A DNA stretch of 64,000 nt from Bacteroidota bacterium (GTDB lineage: Bacteria; Bacteroidota; Bacteroidia; JABDFU01), in NCBI GenBank assembly GCA_013286655.1, contig JABDFG010000002.1, forward strand, positions 21,125 through 85,124, read 5' to 3'. Shown here one piece after another: positions 1 through 10,161 of this stretch (position 1 is its first letter; every line of letters begins with the position of its first letter). The notes below the pieces were generated by a model. It worked only from the letters and a program-made list of their open reading frames with translations. It had not been told where the DNA came from and made no database searches. The translations under genes and the position numbers were made by a program.

Positions 1-910
1 TAGAAACAAGCACAAGAATAACATATCCAGGGATAAACAGTAATCCAAGTAATGCGGCTAGAAACTTTTTCGAAAAGAATAAGTGAAATATGCTTAAAAA
101 ATAAAGTATGGTTAAGGGCCATAAAGGATGGAGGAATAATTTCGTAAAATATGGTGTGCTGGGTAGATTTCGTAGTTGTACTAAATGTTTAATAAAAACG
201 GCAAAACCCGGAATCTTTCCGCTTTCGTAAGCCGAATGTGTCAGCAACTTTATTCGTATGAAAAACCAAATGACTGTTACCAGTAATAAGGAAAGGTATA
301 CCGCGTAATTGGATTTTTTTGAAAGAAGGAATTCAACGAGTATGATAAAAAGTATTGGAAAGACCGTCAATTGATGAAAATAGGAGCAGAGACAGAGAAG
401 AAAGGCAAAAGTAATCCAAAGAATTACTTTGCCATTCCTGGAGGTTTCCGGGAGTGCCAATCTTTTGATAACGGGCCATACAAGAAAAGCTACGGCTCCC
501 CCTGATAATAATTCGGCTACCGGGAAAAAAAATGTTTCCCGGAAACCCAAGCATAAATAGAGCATTAACCCTAATCCTGCGGATTCGTCTTTGAAGAAAA
601 AAAACAAAAGAAGAAAAATCAAAAAATAAACTCCGATAAAAGAGAGGGAATATAATTTTAAAAAAGTCGGAAGAGAGGCGCCTAATTTTACGGCCAGTAA
701 TGGAATCGTCTGCGAAAACACGGACCCCCATCTCCCCAGTTCAAAATCATAAGTACCTTCCTGAATAATGCGGAATGCGAAAAAAGCAGAGTCTGCACAA
801 CACATTCTTTCCAGGTAAAAAACGGAAGCCCAATAAAATAATACGGCAAAAAATAACAGTCCAATATAAAATATTGGTTTTTTACCTGGAAACCACAGAC
901 TGTCTTTCAT
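1..910 (-). CDS. Polytopic integral membrane protein, partial (N-terminal ~303 aa; continues past the window start); possibly a GT-C type membrane glycosyltransferase partner of the adjacent GT2
   Basis: Manual translation of the minus strand from the ATG at 908-910 gives an uninterrupted highly hydrophobic reading frame (MKDSLWFPGKKPIFYIGLLFFAVLFYW...) with no stop down to position 1. It is absent from the ORF track only because no stop codon lies in the window. The listed 333..731 ORF is in another frame and looks spurious. Confidence 0.5.
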   Translation of the reverse strand, partial: MKDSLWFPGKKPIFYIGLLFFAVLFYWASVFYLERMCCADSAFFAFRIIQEGTYDFELGRWGSVFSQTIPLLAVKLGASLPTFLKLYSLSFIGVYFLIFLLLFFFFKDESAGLGLMLYLCLGFRETFFFPVAELLSGGAVAFLVWPVIKRLALPETSRNGKVILWITFAFLLCLCSYFHQLTVFPILFIILVEFLLSKKSNYAVYLSLLLVTVIWFFIRIKLLTHSAYESGKIPGFAVFIKHLVQLRNLPSTPYFTKLFLHPLWPLTILYFLSIFHLFFSKKFLAALLGLLFIPGYVILVLVS

Positions 911-945
911 AAAAGGCAAACCTCGTTCAGTATACAAACAAACAA

Positions 946-1671
946 CTATGATCTACTTCCGAAAAATCCATACTTTAGGATACACCAGATCGCCCTGAAT
1001 CCGTCCTTCCATCCGATTTTCTTTCCTTCCTCGTATGTGCGTCCATAATACGAAATTCCAACTTCGTATATGCGGACTTTTGATACCTGGGCGATTTTGG
1101 CTGTTACCTCAGGTTCAAAACCGAAGCGTTTTTCTTCAAGCTTTAAACCTTTCAGCATGTCGGCCTTGAAAAGCTTATAGCAGGTTTCCATGTCTGTAAG
1201 ATTCAGATTGGTAAACACATTCGATAACGTCGTCAGGAATTTGTTGCCGATGGTATGCCAGAAAAACAACACGCGATGAGGTTTCCCGCCCATAAAGCGG
1301 GAACCAAATACCACATCTGCGAAGCCATCCGTTATCGGTTTTAGCAAGATCGTATATTCATTCGGATCGTATTCCAGGTCGGCATCCTGAACAATGATAT
1401 AATCTCCTGTTGCGAGCTCAATGCCTTTGTGGATGGCAGCCCCTTTGCCCTGGTTAAAAGTCTGGTTAAACAACCGTATATCATTAAGGGGATGCTCTGC
1501 GATGTATTTTTCAATGACTTCCTTGGTCGCGTCTTTGGAGCAATCATTTACAATAATGATTTCTTTCTGAAGATCATTATTCAGTTGAACGGCTAAAATT
1601 TTGTCAAGAATAAGATGGATGGTGGGAGCTTCGTTATAAGCGGGAATAAGAATAGAAAGCTTTTGCGGCAT
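946..1671 (-). CDS. GT2-family polyprenyl-phosphate glycosyltransferase (dolichyl-phosphate mannose synthase-like)
   Basis: 241 aa with the GT2 DXD-type motifs ([26 protein letters not shown]). ATG start verified. Confidence 0.8.
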   Translation of the reverse strand: MPQKLSILIPAYNEAPTIHLILDKILAVQLNNDLQKEIIIVNDCSKDATKEVIEKYIAEHPLNDIRLFNQTFNQGKGAAIHKGIELATGDYIIVQDADLEYDPNEYTILLKPITDGFADVVFGSRFMGGKPHRVLFFWHTIGNKFLTTLSNVFTNLNLTDMETCYKLFKADMLKGLKLEEKRFGFEPEVTAKIAQVSKVRIYEVGISYYGRTYEEGKKIGWKDGFRAIWCILKYGFFGSRS

Positions 1672-1675
1672 ACGT

Positions 1676-2308
1676 TCACTTTCTTTTTTGTTGCTTCACA
1701 AATTGATCAAAAGCCTCTAAGATAGCATTTTTTGTTTTCTGCCAATTTGACTCTGTCAGTATTAAAGGTTCGGGCGTTTCGTCGGCTGCGTCAATATTGC
1801 TCAACGCATCGGCTACAAAACGGATATCCAGATCAGGATATTTTATTTTATAGAAATCTAACATTTCTTTCAAAGAAAATTTTTGAATCAAGGCGGCGAG
1901 GTCATAAAAATCCTTTTTTTCCTGACGTTCTTTAATTGCTTCTAATTTCATGGCTGCAATATCTTCTAAAGCGGCCATCCTGACCCCTTCTTCTTCAATG
2001 GGGAGTTTTATGAATGGAATATTCCACCCGTATAATTCAACCTTTATTCCTTGTATGGTATATCGTAAGCCCCAACGACTTTCCTTTTCCGGCAGCAGGC
2101 CCAAAAAAGTGCTCATAAGCTCATCTTTAATGATCGGCTTATTTAATTCGGAAGATGTAAACAAATCGATGTCAACGGATCTGCGGTGTCCTAACTGAAG
2201 AGCAAGCGCAGTTCCTCCGGCCAGGCGAAAGTCAACGAGTGATTGTTGCTTCATCAACTTTTTCAAAATAGTTATAAGCTCTTCTGTGACTGTATCTTTT
2301 CGTAGCAT
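1676..2308 (-). CDS. Nucleotidyltransferase of the AbiEii/AbiGii-like toxin family
   Basis: 210 aa with the minimal nucleotidyltransferase signature [22 protein letters not shown] (G[GS]x9-13 DxD). It overlaps the upstream small gene by 37 nt. Confidence 0.55.
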   Translation of the reverse strand: MLRKDTVTEELITILKKLMKQQSLVDFRLAGGTALALQLGHRRSVDIDLFTSSELNKPIIKDELMSTFLGLLPEKESRWGLRYTIQGIKVELYGWNIPFIKLPIEEEGVRMAALEDIAAMKLEAIKERQEKKDFYDLAALIQKFSLKEMLDFYKIKYPDLDIRFVADALSNIDAADETPEPLILTESNWQKTKNAILEAFDQFVKQQKRK

Positions 2309-2574
2309 TTGAATAGCTTAGGATCTATTTTGAACATCTTCGCTGCAAGAAGAACCGCGCTTCTTTTCAAATACGCAGCTGTTACCAGGGAATCAACAAC
2401 AATTGCGTCACCATAATAATTCCAGACAGCTAAGATGTCGTTCCATGTTCCATCATTAAAAACCCTTCCGATAATTGCTTTCTTTTGTTTATCAAAATCC
2501 AGCAATTTCATGTCCGTATCCCAAAATGCTTTATTACTCAATTGTGGAATCACTTTGTCAGAATCTTTGCTCAT
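2272..2574 (-). CDS. Small conserved Bacteroidota protein (DUF-type, ~100 aa) partnered with the AbiEii-like nucleotidyltransferase; candidate antitoxin/partner
   Basis: 100 aa with an FWDTDM..LDFDK motif. The co-oriented gene overlaps the nucleotidyltransferase gene start. Family assignment is from memory only. Confidence 0.4.
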   Translation of the reverse strand: MSKDSDKVIPQLSNKAFWDTDMKLLDFDKQKKAIIGRVFNDGTWNDILAVWNYYGDAIVVDSLVTAAYLKRSAVLLAAKMFKIDPKLFKCYEKIQSQKSL

Positions 2575-2579
2575 TTATT

Positions 2580-3236
2580 TTAATCCATCTTCATTTCCGG
2601 AATCTCCCCCTCCACCACCAATTTCCCGAGCGTTGCGTTCTTAATCTGTTCAACACTCACTCCCGGAGCCCGCTCAATCAGCTTGAACCCCGCCGGAGTT
2701 ACATCAATTACCGCCAGCTCTGTAACAATCTTTTTTACACAACGTACACCCGTTAAAGGTAAAGTACACTTGGGCAGCAATTTGGATTCCCCTGCTTTGT
2801 TTACATGCTGCATCGCTACAATGATGTTTTCTGCGGAAGCCACCAAGTCCATCGCTCCGCCCATACCCTTCACCATTTTGCCCGGAATTTTCCAGTTGGC
2901 AATATCTCCCTGTTCACTTACTTCCATTCCTCCCAGCACGGTCAGGTTTACATGCTGACCGCGTATCATCGCGAAACTTGTTGCTGAATCAAAGATAGCC
3001 GCTCCCGGCAATAAAGTAACTGTTTGTTTTCCTGCGTTGATAAGATCCGCGCTTTCTTCCCCCTCGAAGGGGAAGGGCCCCATTCCGAGTATGCCATTTT
3101 CCGATTGAAAGATCACGTTCAATCCCTTGGGAACATAATTGGCAACGAGGGTAGGAATACCGATTCCAAGGTTCACATAATAACCGTCTTTTAACTCCTG
3201 GGCTATTCGTTTGGCGATACCGTCTTTATCGAGCAT
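2580..3236 (-). CDS. scoB: 3-oxoacid CoA-transferase subunit B (succinyl-CoA:3-ketoacid CoA transferase B)
   Basis: 218 aa with strong similarity to ScoB/AtoA (GIGIPT, SENG..GMGP, catalytic Glu region EGEESADL). Confidence 0.8.
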   Translation of the reverse strand: MLDKDGIAKRIAQELKDGYYVNLGIGIPTLVANYVPKGLNVIFQSENGILGMGPFPFEGEESADLINAGKQTVTLLPGAAIFDSATSFAMIRGQHVNLTVLGGMEVSEQGDIANWKIPGKMVKGMGGAMDLVASAENIIVAMQHVNKAGESKLLPKCTLPLTGVRCVKKIVTELAVIDVTPAGFKLIERAPGVSVEQIKNATLGKLVVEGEIPEMKMD

Positions 3237-3280
3237 ATTAGGTTTTTAATAGGTACAAAAATAAGAGGATTAGTTACTCG

Positions 3281-4735
3281 CTATTGGCTATTCGCTAACT
3301 TAATACACACATTCTTAGGCTCCATAAAAAAGCGAAGGGCTTCAAAACCACCTTCCCGCCCAACGCCCGATTTTTTCATACCGCCAAAAGGCGTTCGCAG
3401 ATCCCGCAGCAGCCAGCAATTGATCCAGATGATACCCGATTGCAAACGCTGGGCCACCCGGTGAGCACGGGTTAAATTCTGCGTCCAGATAATTCCCGCA
3501 AGGCCATACTGCGTGCTGTTCGCATACATCAGGGCTTCCTCTTCGGTGTCAAAAGGAGTAAGCGTTACAACCGGACCGAAAATTTCTTCCTGGTTTGTGC
3601 GACAGGTATACGACAAACCTTCGATCACGGTCGGCTCGATGAACCAGCCTTCCGCACATTCTCCCGGAACCTTTACTTCCTGGCCCCCGCATAAAATAGT
3701 TCCCCCTTCTTCTTTTGCCAGGGCGATATAAGAAAGTATTTTTTCTTTATGTTGTTTCGATGCAATGGCTCCGTGCCGGGTTTTGTCATCAGCCGGATTT
3801 CCTGCTTTCAGTTCTTTCGTTTTTTCTACAAAGGCTTTCTTGAACTGCTCATACAAAGGGCGTTCAATAAAAATTCGGGAACCACAAAGGCAAATTTCTC
3901 CCTGGTTAGAGAAGGAAGAGTGCAGCGTAGTTTTCAGCATTTGCTCAAAGTCACAATCCGCAAAAATGATGTTCGGATTTTTACCGCCCAGTTCCAAAGA
4001 GAGCTTTTTGAACATAGGAGCCGCTACCCTTGCAATTTCGGCACCTGTTTTGGTGCCTCCTGTAAAGGAGATAACCGGAATACCCGGGTGTGCCGTTATA
4101 GCGGCACCCACCTTATGTCCGTATCCATGTACAATGTTTAAAACACCTTTGGGTAAACCTGCCTCGATGCACAATTCGCTCAGCAAATACGCTGTCATAG
4201 GCGTTATCTCCGAAGGCTTGGCAACTACCGTGCATCCGGCAGCAAGTGCAGGAGCAATCTTCCAGGTGAATAAATACAAAGGCAAATTCCAGGGAGAGAT
4301 ACAGCCTGCAATACCGCTTGGCTCGTTCAAGGTATAATTCACAGCGGTATTCTCCATGATATTTGCTTCTTCCGACAAATGCAAAATGCCCGTAGCGTAA
4401 AACCGGAAATTGGCTGCAGCCCTGGGAATATCCACTGTACGTGCCAGCTGTATTGGTTTCCCATTGTCGGCGCTTTCGGCACGTGACAACTTTTCATGAT
4501 TTTTATCAATCAGGTCAGCAATCCGCATCAAAAGCTTACTGCGCTCTTCCTTAGGGCTCAACGACCAGGCCGGAAAGGCAGCAGCAGCAGCTTCATAGGC
4601 CAGCTGAACATCCTTTTCATCCGAATCCGGAATGAGTGAATATACCTTACCCGTTGCGGGATTATAATTATCGATGTATTGCGTACCCAAGGGTGCAATT
4701 AATTCACCGTTGATATAATTCTTTAAGTGCTGCAT
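3281..4735 (-). CDS. NAD(P)-dependent aldehyde dehydrogenase
   Basis: 484 aa with the ALDH signatures ELGGKNP and catalytic Cys in GQ(x)C..GSRIF, plus the Rossmann GxTxxG motif. Confidence 0.85.
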   Translation of the reverse strand: MQHLKNYINGELIAPLGTQYIDNYNPATGKVYSLIPDSDEKDVQLAYEAAAAAFPAWSLSPKEERSKLLMRIADLIDKNHEKLSRAESADNGKPIQLARTVDIPRAAANFRFYATGILHLSEEANIMENTAVNYTLNEPSGIAGCISPWNLPLYLFTWKIAPALAAGCTVVAKPSEITPMTAYLLSELCIEAGLPKGVLNIVHGYGHKVGAAITAHPGIPVISFTGGTKTGAEIARVAAPMFKKLSLELGGKNPNIIFADCDFEQMLKTTLHSSFSNQGEICLCGSRIFIERPLYEQFKKAFVEKTKELKAGNPADDKTRHGAIASKQHKEKILSYIALAKEEGGTILCGGQEVKVPGECAEGWFIEPTVIEGLSYTCRTNQEEIFGPVVTLTPFDTEEEALMYANSTQYGLAGIIWTQNLTRAHRVAQRLQSGIIWINCWLLRDLRTPFGGMKKSGVGREGGFEALRFFMEPKNVCIKLANSQ

Positions 4736-4822
4736 AAGTTCTAAAATTAATAAAAAACATGTTAAAAAAGGTTAAGTATGTAAAGTGAAGGCCCGCTTGG
4801 ATTAAATTTGAAAGGCTAAGAC

Positions 4823-6436
4823 ATGAACAAACGCAACATACAACTCGTTACCCTGCTCATCAGCGTCGCCCTGCTGGGATTGATCCTCACCCAGCTGTAT
4901 TGGGCCAAAAATGCGATTACGTTGAAGGAACAGCTCTTTGACCAAAACGTTAACGACGCACTGAACACCGTTGTGTATAAATTTGAAAAGACCTCTACCG
5001 CAGCCAGGATCACTCACCGGCTGAATTTCCGCAAACAAGGGATGCGCTGGCTGATGGAGAGCGACTCCCTGAAAAGCTCGGCCAAAATGAATGTCGACAG
5101 TACCTCTGATCTTAAGAAGATCAAGGTCAATAACAAGCAAGTCCAGGTAAAGATGTACGAAGAATACCTCAGCGATTCCAACGGAGTTGTCGTGAAAAAA
5201 ACGAGGGAAAGGCACTTTGCAGATGATTCGCTCAAGGACAAATCCTTTAATATTGGGGATCTGTGGACGGATGATTCCCTGAATGTAAAGAAAGTAGACA
5301 CTACTGACGAGCGTTACCGTTGGATGACCCACCGCTCGGATATGGTGAATGATATTTTTGACGAGCTGATCAGCATCAATGTCTATAACGATTATAAACA
5401 GAAAATGGATACCCTTTTGCTGGATTCCCTGATCCGGGATGCCCTCCGCGACCAGGGAATTGATGCCAGTTACCAATATGCAGTATTGAACAACGAGCTC
5501 CTTAAAAATCCTCCGGACAAACAAAAAATGATCGTGGATTCAAAATTCAGGGTCAACCTTACGCCGGATAATGTATTCATCCAGCCTCAGTTTCTGGCCC
5601 TTTATTTTCCCAATCAAAAAAACTATATCTTCCGTAAGCTCTGGTTAATGTTAAGCGGTTCGGCCTTTCTGATCCTCAGCCTGATCTTCTCCTTTTATTA
5701 TGCTATTTCGGTTATTCTCCGTCAGAAAAAACTATCAGAAATCAAAAACGATTTTATCAGTAACATGACCCACGAATTTAAAACTCCCATTTCCACTATT
5801 TCTCTGGCCTGCGAGGTATTAAACGACACCACCGTTACAAAAACACCCGAACGTGTCCACAATTATGTGAAAATGATCGGAGAAGAAAACAAACGCCTGG
5901 GAGTTCTGGTGGAAAACATTCTACAGACAGCTATCCTGGATAAGGGAGAATTTAAGCTGAAACTCCAGGAAGTGGATATGCAGCAATTAATTCTGCAATC
6001 CATCAGCAATATCCAGTTGCAGGTGGATAACAAGGAGGGCCAGCTATTCACACACCTGAAGGCCGTCAAGAATACCATTCAGGGCGATAAGGTCCACCTC
6101 ACGAACATCATTTTTAACCTCATCGACAACGCACTGAAATACACCGATCAGAAACCCCAGATAGAATTGTTTACCCGGGACGTGGAGAATGGAATGGAGA
6201 TCCGGGTGAAAGACAATGGCATCGGGATCAGCAAAGAAAATCAGAAAAAAATCTTTGAGACCCTTTACCGCGTACCTACCGGGAACCTGCACAATGTAAA
6301 AGGTTTTGGGCTGGGCTTAAGCTATGTAAAAGCCATCATTGAAAAACACAAAGGCAGCATAAAAGTTGAAAGCGAACCAGGAAAAGGAAGCACCTTTATC
6401 CTGTTCTTACCTTATCAGGCAGAAATGAATACTTAA
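4823..6436 (+). CDS. Sensor histidine kinase (HisKA + HATPase_c), membrane-anchored
   Basis: 537 aa with an N-terminal TM segment, a second TM, the H-box HEFKTPISTI, and N/G1/G2 boxes (DNALKYT, DNGIGI, GFGLGLS). Confidence 0.85.
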   Translation: MNKRNIQLVTLLISVALLGLILTQLYWAKNAITLKEQLFDQNVNDALNTVVYKFEKTSTAARITHRLNFRKQGMRWLMESDSLKSSAKMNVDSTSDLKKIKVNNKQVQVKMYEEYLSDSNGVVVKKTRERHFADDSLKDKSFNIGDLWTDDSLNVKKVDTTDERYRWMTHRSDMVNDIFDELISINVYNDYKQKMDTLLLDSLIRDALRDQGIDASYQYAVLNNELLKNPPDKQKMIVDSKFRVNLTPDNVFIQPQFLALYFPNQKNYIFRKLWLMLSGSAFLILSLIFSFYYAISVILRQKKLSEIKNDFISNMTHEFKTPISTISLACEVLNDTTVTKTPERVHNYVKMIGEENKRLGVLVENILQTAILDKGEFKLKLQEVDMQQLILQSISNIQLQVDNKEGQLFTHLKAVKNTIQGDKVHLTNIIFNLIDNALKYTDQKPQIELFTRDVENGMEIRVKDNGIGISKENQKKIFETLYRVPTGNLHNVKGFGLGLSYVKAIIEKHKGSIKVESEPGKGSTFILFLPYQAEMNT

Positions 6437-6446
6437 AACAAATCTC

Positions 6447-7151
6447 ATGGATACTCCGGAAAAAATTAAAATTTTACTGGCTGAAGACGATAATAACCTC
6501 GGCAATCTTTTGAAAGAATACCTGGAGGCTAAGAACTATGTTGCCGTCTGGGCAAAAAACGGCAAAGAAGGCTTTGAACTGTTCAAAAAAAATACTTACG
6601 ACCTGTGCCTGCTCGATGTCATGATGCCCCTGAAAGATGGCTTCACCCTGGCCAAAGAAATCCGTGCTCAAAACAAAACCATACCCATTGTTTTTCTCAC
6701 TGCCAAATCCATGAAAGAAGACGCGATCGAAGGTTTTACGGTGGGAGCCGATGATTATATCACCAAGCCATTCAGTATGGAAGAATTGCTGCTTCGCCTG
6801 AATGCTATCTTAAGACGGACCAAAAATCAGTCCAGCGCAGGCGATACTATTAAAATTTTCGAAATAGGCAGTTATCAGTTTGACAGTGAAAATCAGGTCC
6901 TGAAAATGGGGAAAAAAGAACAAAGCCTTACTACCAAAGAAGCCGATCTATTGCGCCTGCTCTGTTTGCATAAAAACGATATACTCGACCGAAATTTCGC
7001 TTTAAATTCTATCTGGAAAGATGACAACTACTTCAACAGCCGCAGCATGGATGTATTCGTTACACGCCTGCGCAAATACCTGAAGGAAGACCCTAAAGTC
7101 GAGATAATCAACGTGCACGGAAAAGGGTTTAAATTGCTTATTAATAAATAA
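6447..7151 (+). CDS. OmpR-family response regulator (receiver + winged helix)
   Basis: 234 aa with a receiver (LLAEDD, D in LLDVMMP, K in ITKPF) and a C-terminal trans_reg_C region (VFVTRLRKYL). It lies 10 nt downstream of the kinase. Confidence 0.85.
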   Translation: MDTPEKIKILLAEDDNNLGNLLKEYLEAKNYVAVWAKNGKEGFELFKKNTYDLCLLDVMMPLKDGFTLAKEIRAQNKTIPIVFLTAKSMKEDAIEGFTVGADDYITKPFSMEELLLRLNAILRRTKNQSSAGDTIKIFEIGSYQFDSENQVLKMGKKEQSLTTKEADLLRLLCLHKNDILDRNFALNSIWKDDNYFNSRSMDVFVTRLRKYLKEDPKVEIINVHGKGFKLLINK

Positions 7152-7195
7152 GCAGGCTACAGGTAGTTGTAAAGTTTAAAAGTTATAAAGTAAGA

Positions 7196-7984
7196 TTATA
7201 AACATTGAGTTCTGCCTCCATCCACGGGGACATTTATTCCGGTAATGTACGCGGCGGCGGGAGAAGCCAGGAAAGCTACGGCATTTGCTATTTCGGAGGC
7301 CTCTGCAAAACGGGCCGCGGGAATTTCTTCCAGCATTTCTTGCTTGAGCAGATCAATCGCCTGACCTGTCTTCTGAGATTTTGCTTCCAGCAAAGAACTC
7401 AGGCGCTGTGTCAGTGTCGCACCCGGTAAAACATTGTTAACCGTAATCCCAAAAGGAGCCAGCTCCACCGAGAGCGTTTTAGACCAGTTTGCTACCGCGG
7501 CGCGTACCGTGTTTGAAACCCCTAAGCCTTTAATCGGCTGTTTCACGGAAGTTGATATAATGTTAACGATCCTTCCGTATTTGGCCTGCTTCATTCCCTC
7601 CGCAACTGTCTGAACCAGCAGATGATTACAGAGCAGATGATTCGAAAAAGCCTGTACGAACTCTTCCGCTTTAGCATTCAAAGCCGGCCCACCCGCCGGT
7701 CCACCTGTATTATTAATTAAAATGTGAATCGTCTTTCGTTCTTTTACCAACTGCTCTGCCCTTGCTTTCAATTCATCAGGTTTGGTAAAATCCGTGCAGA
7801 GATAGCCGTGCAATTGCTGTTGCGTGTTGTCCAATTCCGCCTGCGTCTTTTTTAACTGCTCTTCATTCCGGGCCAGTAAGATCACATTTGCTCCCATGCG
7901 GGCCAGTTCAAGGGCCGTCGCCCTTCCGATACCCTGTGTGCTCCCGCAAACAAGCGCATTTTTACCTCGAAGATTAAAATCCAT
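7196..7984 (-). CDS. SDR-family oxidoreductase (3-oxoacyl-ACP reductase-like)
   Basis: 262 aa with the GSTQGIGRA Rossmann motif and an NNTG..YxxxK pattern. Confidence 0.75.
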   Translation of the reverse strand: MDFNLRGKNALVCGSTQGIGRATALELARMGANVILLARNEEQLKKTQAELDNTQQQLHGYLCTDFTKPDELKARAEQLVKERKTIHILINNTGGPAGGPALNAKAEEFVQAFSNHLLCNHLLVQTVAEGMKQAKYGRIVNIISTSVKQPIKGLGVSNTVRAAVANWSKTLSVELAPFGITVNNVLPGATLTQRLSSLLEAKSQKTGQAIDLLKQEMLEEIPAARFAEASEIANAVAFLASPAAAYITGINVPVDGGRTQCL

Positions 7985-7995
7985 CTGAATATTTT

Positions 7996-8748
7996 TTACA
8001 AAGATAAGCCAAATAACACTTTCAACTTTGCGTAGCCGTTTTTGCTCAAAGGTATTTTTGTACCACTTTTAAGCAAGGCCACGTGGCTGTCCTTTCCCAT
8101 CAGTTCGATGCGTGTGATCTGTGCCAGCTGCACAATATAGGAGCGGTGTACACGGAGAAATTGGGCAGGATTTAAAGACTGTTCAAAATAATGCATGGTT
8201 TTCTTTTTCAGAAAACAATCTTCTGCAATGTTCACTTTCACATAATCATCGTACGCTTCGATATAATGGATATCCTGCACGGGCAAGATCCGGATCGTAT
8301 TCCCGGATTTCACTACCACCCGGTGTTGCTCCTCCCTTCCGGGAAGAGTAGCGGCAATCAATTCCTGTGTTTTGTTTTGTCCGGCAGGCAAACTGCCTTG
8401 ATCTATCCATTTATTCACAGCCTTGTCGAAACGCTCCTTACTAAAAGGTTTTAGTAAATAATCAAAGGCATGAACTTCAAAAGCCTTCACTGCATATTCG
8501 TCAAAAGCTGTCGTAAAAATTATACCCGGTAAAGGTTCCTCCAGCAGTTCCAGCATTTCAAAACCATTGATTTTGGGCATTTGTATATCCAGGAAAACCA
8601 GGTCCGGCTGATGCTCTGCAATCGCTTTGATCCCCTCAAAACCATTTCCGCATTCCTGCATTATCCGGATATTTTTAAAAGAAGAAAGATAATCCTTCAC
8701 AAGCGAAATAGCCAGTGGCTCATCGTCAATAATAACAGCTTTGATCAT
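7996..8748 (-). CDS. LytTR-family response regulator
   Basis: 250 aa with an N-terminal receiver (IIDDE, FLDIQMP) and a C-terminal LytTR DNA-binding domain (YIEAYDDYVKV...FLRVHRSYIV). It overlaps the upstream kinase by 4 nt. Confidence 0.85.
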   Translation of the reverse strand: MIKAVIIDDEPLAISLVKDYLSSFKNIRIMQECGNGFEGIKAIAEHQPDLVFLDIQMPKINGFEMLELLEEPLPGIIFTTAFDEYAVKAFEVHAFDYLLKPFSKERFDKAVNKWIDQGSLPAGQNKTQELIAATLPGREEQHRVVVKSGNTIRILPVQDIHYIEAYDDYVKVNIAEDCFLKKKTMHYFEQSLNPAQFLRVHRSYIVQLAQITRIELMGKDSHVALLKSGTKIPLSKNGYAKLKVLFGLSL

Positions 8749-9788
8749 AGGTGCTGAGGTATTTTAACAATCACACTAAAAACAGTTCCATTCACCCGCG
8801 TTTGTAAAAGATCATTCCGGGAAAACAAAAGGTATAACCTGCGTTGTACCGAACTCAGACCGAAGCCCGTTCCTTGCTTAGGCCTGGCTGTATCCGGATC
8901 AAAAGGATTTTCAATAAGGACCAGCAATTGCCGGTTTTCTGTTTTTGCAGAGAGCCGGATGGTCACTTCATCCGTTGTATCGTACAGTCCGAATTTAATG
9001 GCATTTTCCAGCAGAGGTTGGAGCAGAAGTGGAGGTAAGTGCAAGGCCAGGCAGGTCTCATCATATTCAATAACCGTGTGCAGGCGCTGTCCAAATCTCA
9101 CTTTTTCAATATTCAGGTACAGCTCAAGCTGTTTGAGCTCAGAAGCAAGGTCCACAAATTGTTGATCATCCTTTTTAACAGTTCCTCTTAAAAAATCCGA
9201 GAGCTGATGGATCATCTTCCGGGCCTGTTCTGGCTGGCTGGTGAGCAATGCACTGATCGAGTTCAAGGTGTTAAATAGAAAATGAGGCTGCAATTGCTGG
9301 CGCAGCATCGCCAGTTCCGCATCCTTTCCCAGTTTCTCCAGGTCCAATTTCCGTTTATTTTCTTCCTCCTGTATCCGTATATAATAGAGCAACCTGTCCA
9401 GCAGAATAAAAGCGCCGATGATAATAAAGCCGATCACAAAACGCAGCGGTATGGTCTGTTGAAAAAATAATAGGTAGCCCGTTTCAGCAGCGTAAAAATG
9501 AATGACACTAAAATTCATTACGATCAGTGATACTGCGGCCAAACCTGCCGACCAAAGCAGTGGCAGGTACCAGACTTTGCGTTGGGTATGGTAGTAGCGA
9601 AGAATGAATGTACTATCGAAACAAGCCAATGCCAGTAACAGATTGCTCAACAGACTATCGGCCCAGGCCAGTCTGGATTCTATACCATATTGAAGCAACA
9701 GGTAAGTCTGTGCAAATGGCCAGAGCAGGAACCAGGCGGCAAATACGATCCAGTATTTTTTGTAGGTGAACAGTTGTTTAAGGGGCAA
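8745..9788 (-). CDS. LytS/His_kinase-type sensor kinase (5-6 TM + LytS-type H-box)
   Basis: 347 aa with a multi-TM N-terminus, the LQPHFLFNTLNSI H-box typical of LytTR-partner kinases, and an ATP-binding region (GTGFGL). Confidence 0.8.
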   Translation of the reverse strand: MPLKQLFTYKKYWIVFAAWFLLWPFAQTYLLLQYGIESRLAWADSLLSNLLLALACFDSTFILRYYHTQRKVWYLPLLWSAGLAAVSLIVMNFSVIHFYAAETGYLLFFQQTIPLRFVIGFIIIGAFILLDRLLYYIRIQEEENKRKLDLEKLGKDAELAMLRQQLQPHFLFNTLNSISALLTSQPEQARKMIHQLSDFLRGTVKKDDQQFVDLASELKQLELYLNIEKVRFGQRLHTVIEYDETCLALHLPPLLLQPLLENAIKFGLYDTTDEVTIRLSAKTENRQLLVLIENPFDPDTARPKQGTGFGLSSVQRRLYLLFSRNDLLQTRVNGTVFSVIVKIPQHL

Positions 9789-10143
9789 TGGTCCGGAGTT
9801 TCAAAGATACCAAGCTGGATTCAATGTCCTGATTCTTTTGCCGTATAAAATCCAGGTAGTTTCCGGCATGGTCCGCTTCCACAATTTTAGAAGATAACTC
9901 GGTACCATCCTCCAATCCATTTATTTTTGTTAATTCAACAATCCCGATAAACTTCCACACAACGTTTTCTCCTAAACTATTCGGAAAGCAATCTTCTCCG
10001 GACCGGCCGATCAGGTGAGCTTTCTCGAAGGCGGCTTTTTCGTCCCTGGCAGAGATGAGTTTCAATTGTTCGTCAAACTGAGGGCCGTGATCACCGTCCC
10101 CGCTGATGATCCGGAAAACAATACGTGCTACAAACCACTGCAT
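9778..10143 (-). CDS. DUF4288-like small cytoplasmic protein
   Basis: 121 aa; MQWFVARIVFRIISGDGDHGPQFDEQLKLI... matches the remembered DUF4288 pattern. It overlaps the kinase gene by 11 nt, implying translational coupling. Confidence 0.5.
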   Translation of the reverse strand: MQWFVARIVFRIISGDGDHGPQFDEQLKLISARDEKAAFEKAHLIGRSGEDCFPNSLGENVVWKFIGIVELTKINGLEDGTELSSKIVEADHAGNYLDFIRQKNQDIESSLVSLKLRTIAP

Positions 10144-10161
10144 AACTGCAAAATTTTATAA

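Noticed and set aside
333-731. Track ORF of 132 aa on the minus strand
   Set aside because: A different minus-strand frame is open without stops from 910 to position 1 and encodes a coherent polytopic membrane protein. The 333..731 ORF is an overlapping out-of-frame artefact.
4802-5524. 240-aa antisense ORF within the histidine kinase gene
   Set aside because: It overlaps a well-supported kinase gene on the other strand and has no motif of its own.
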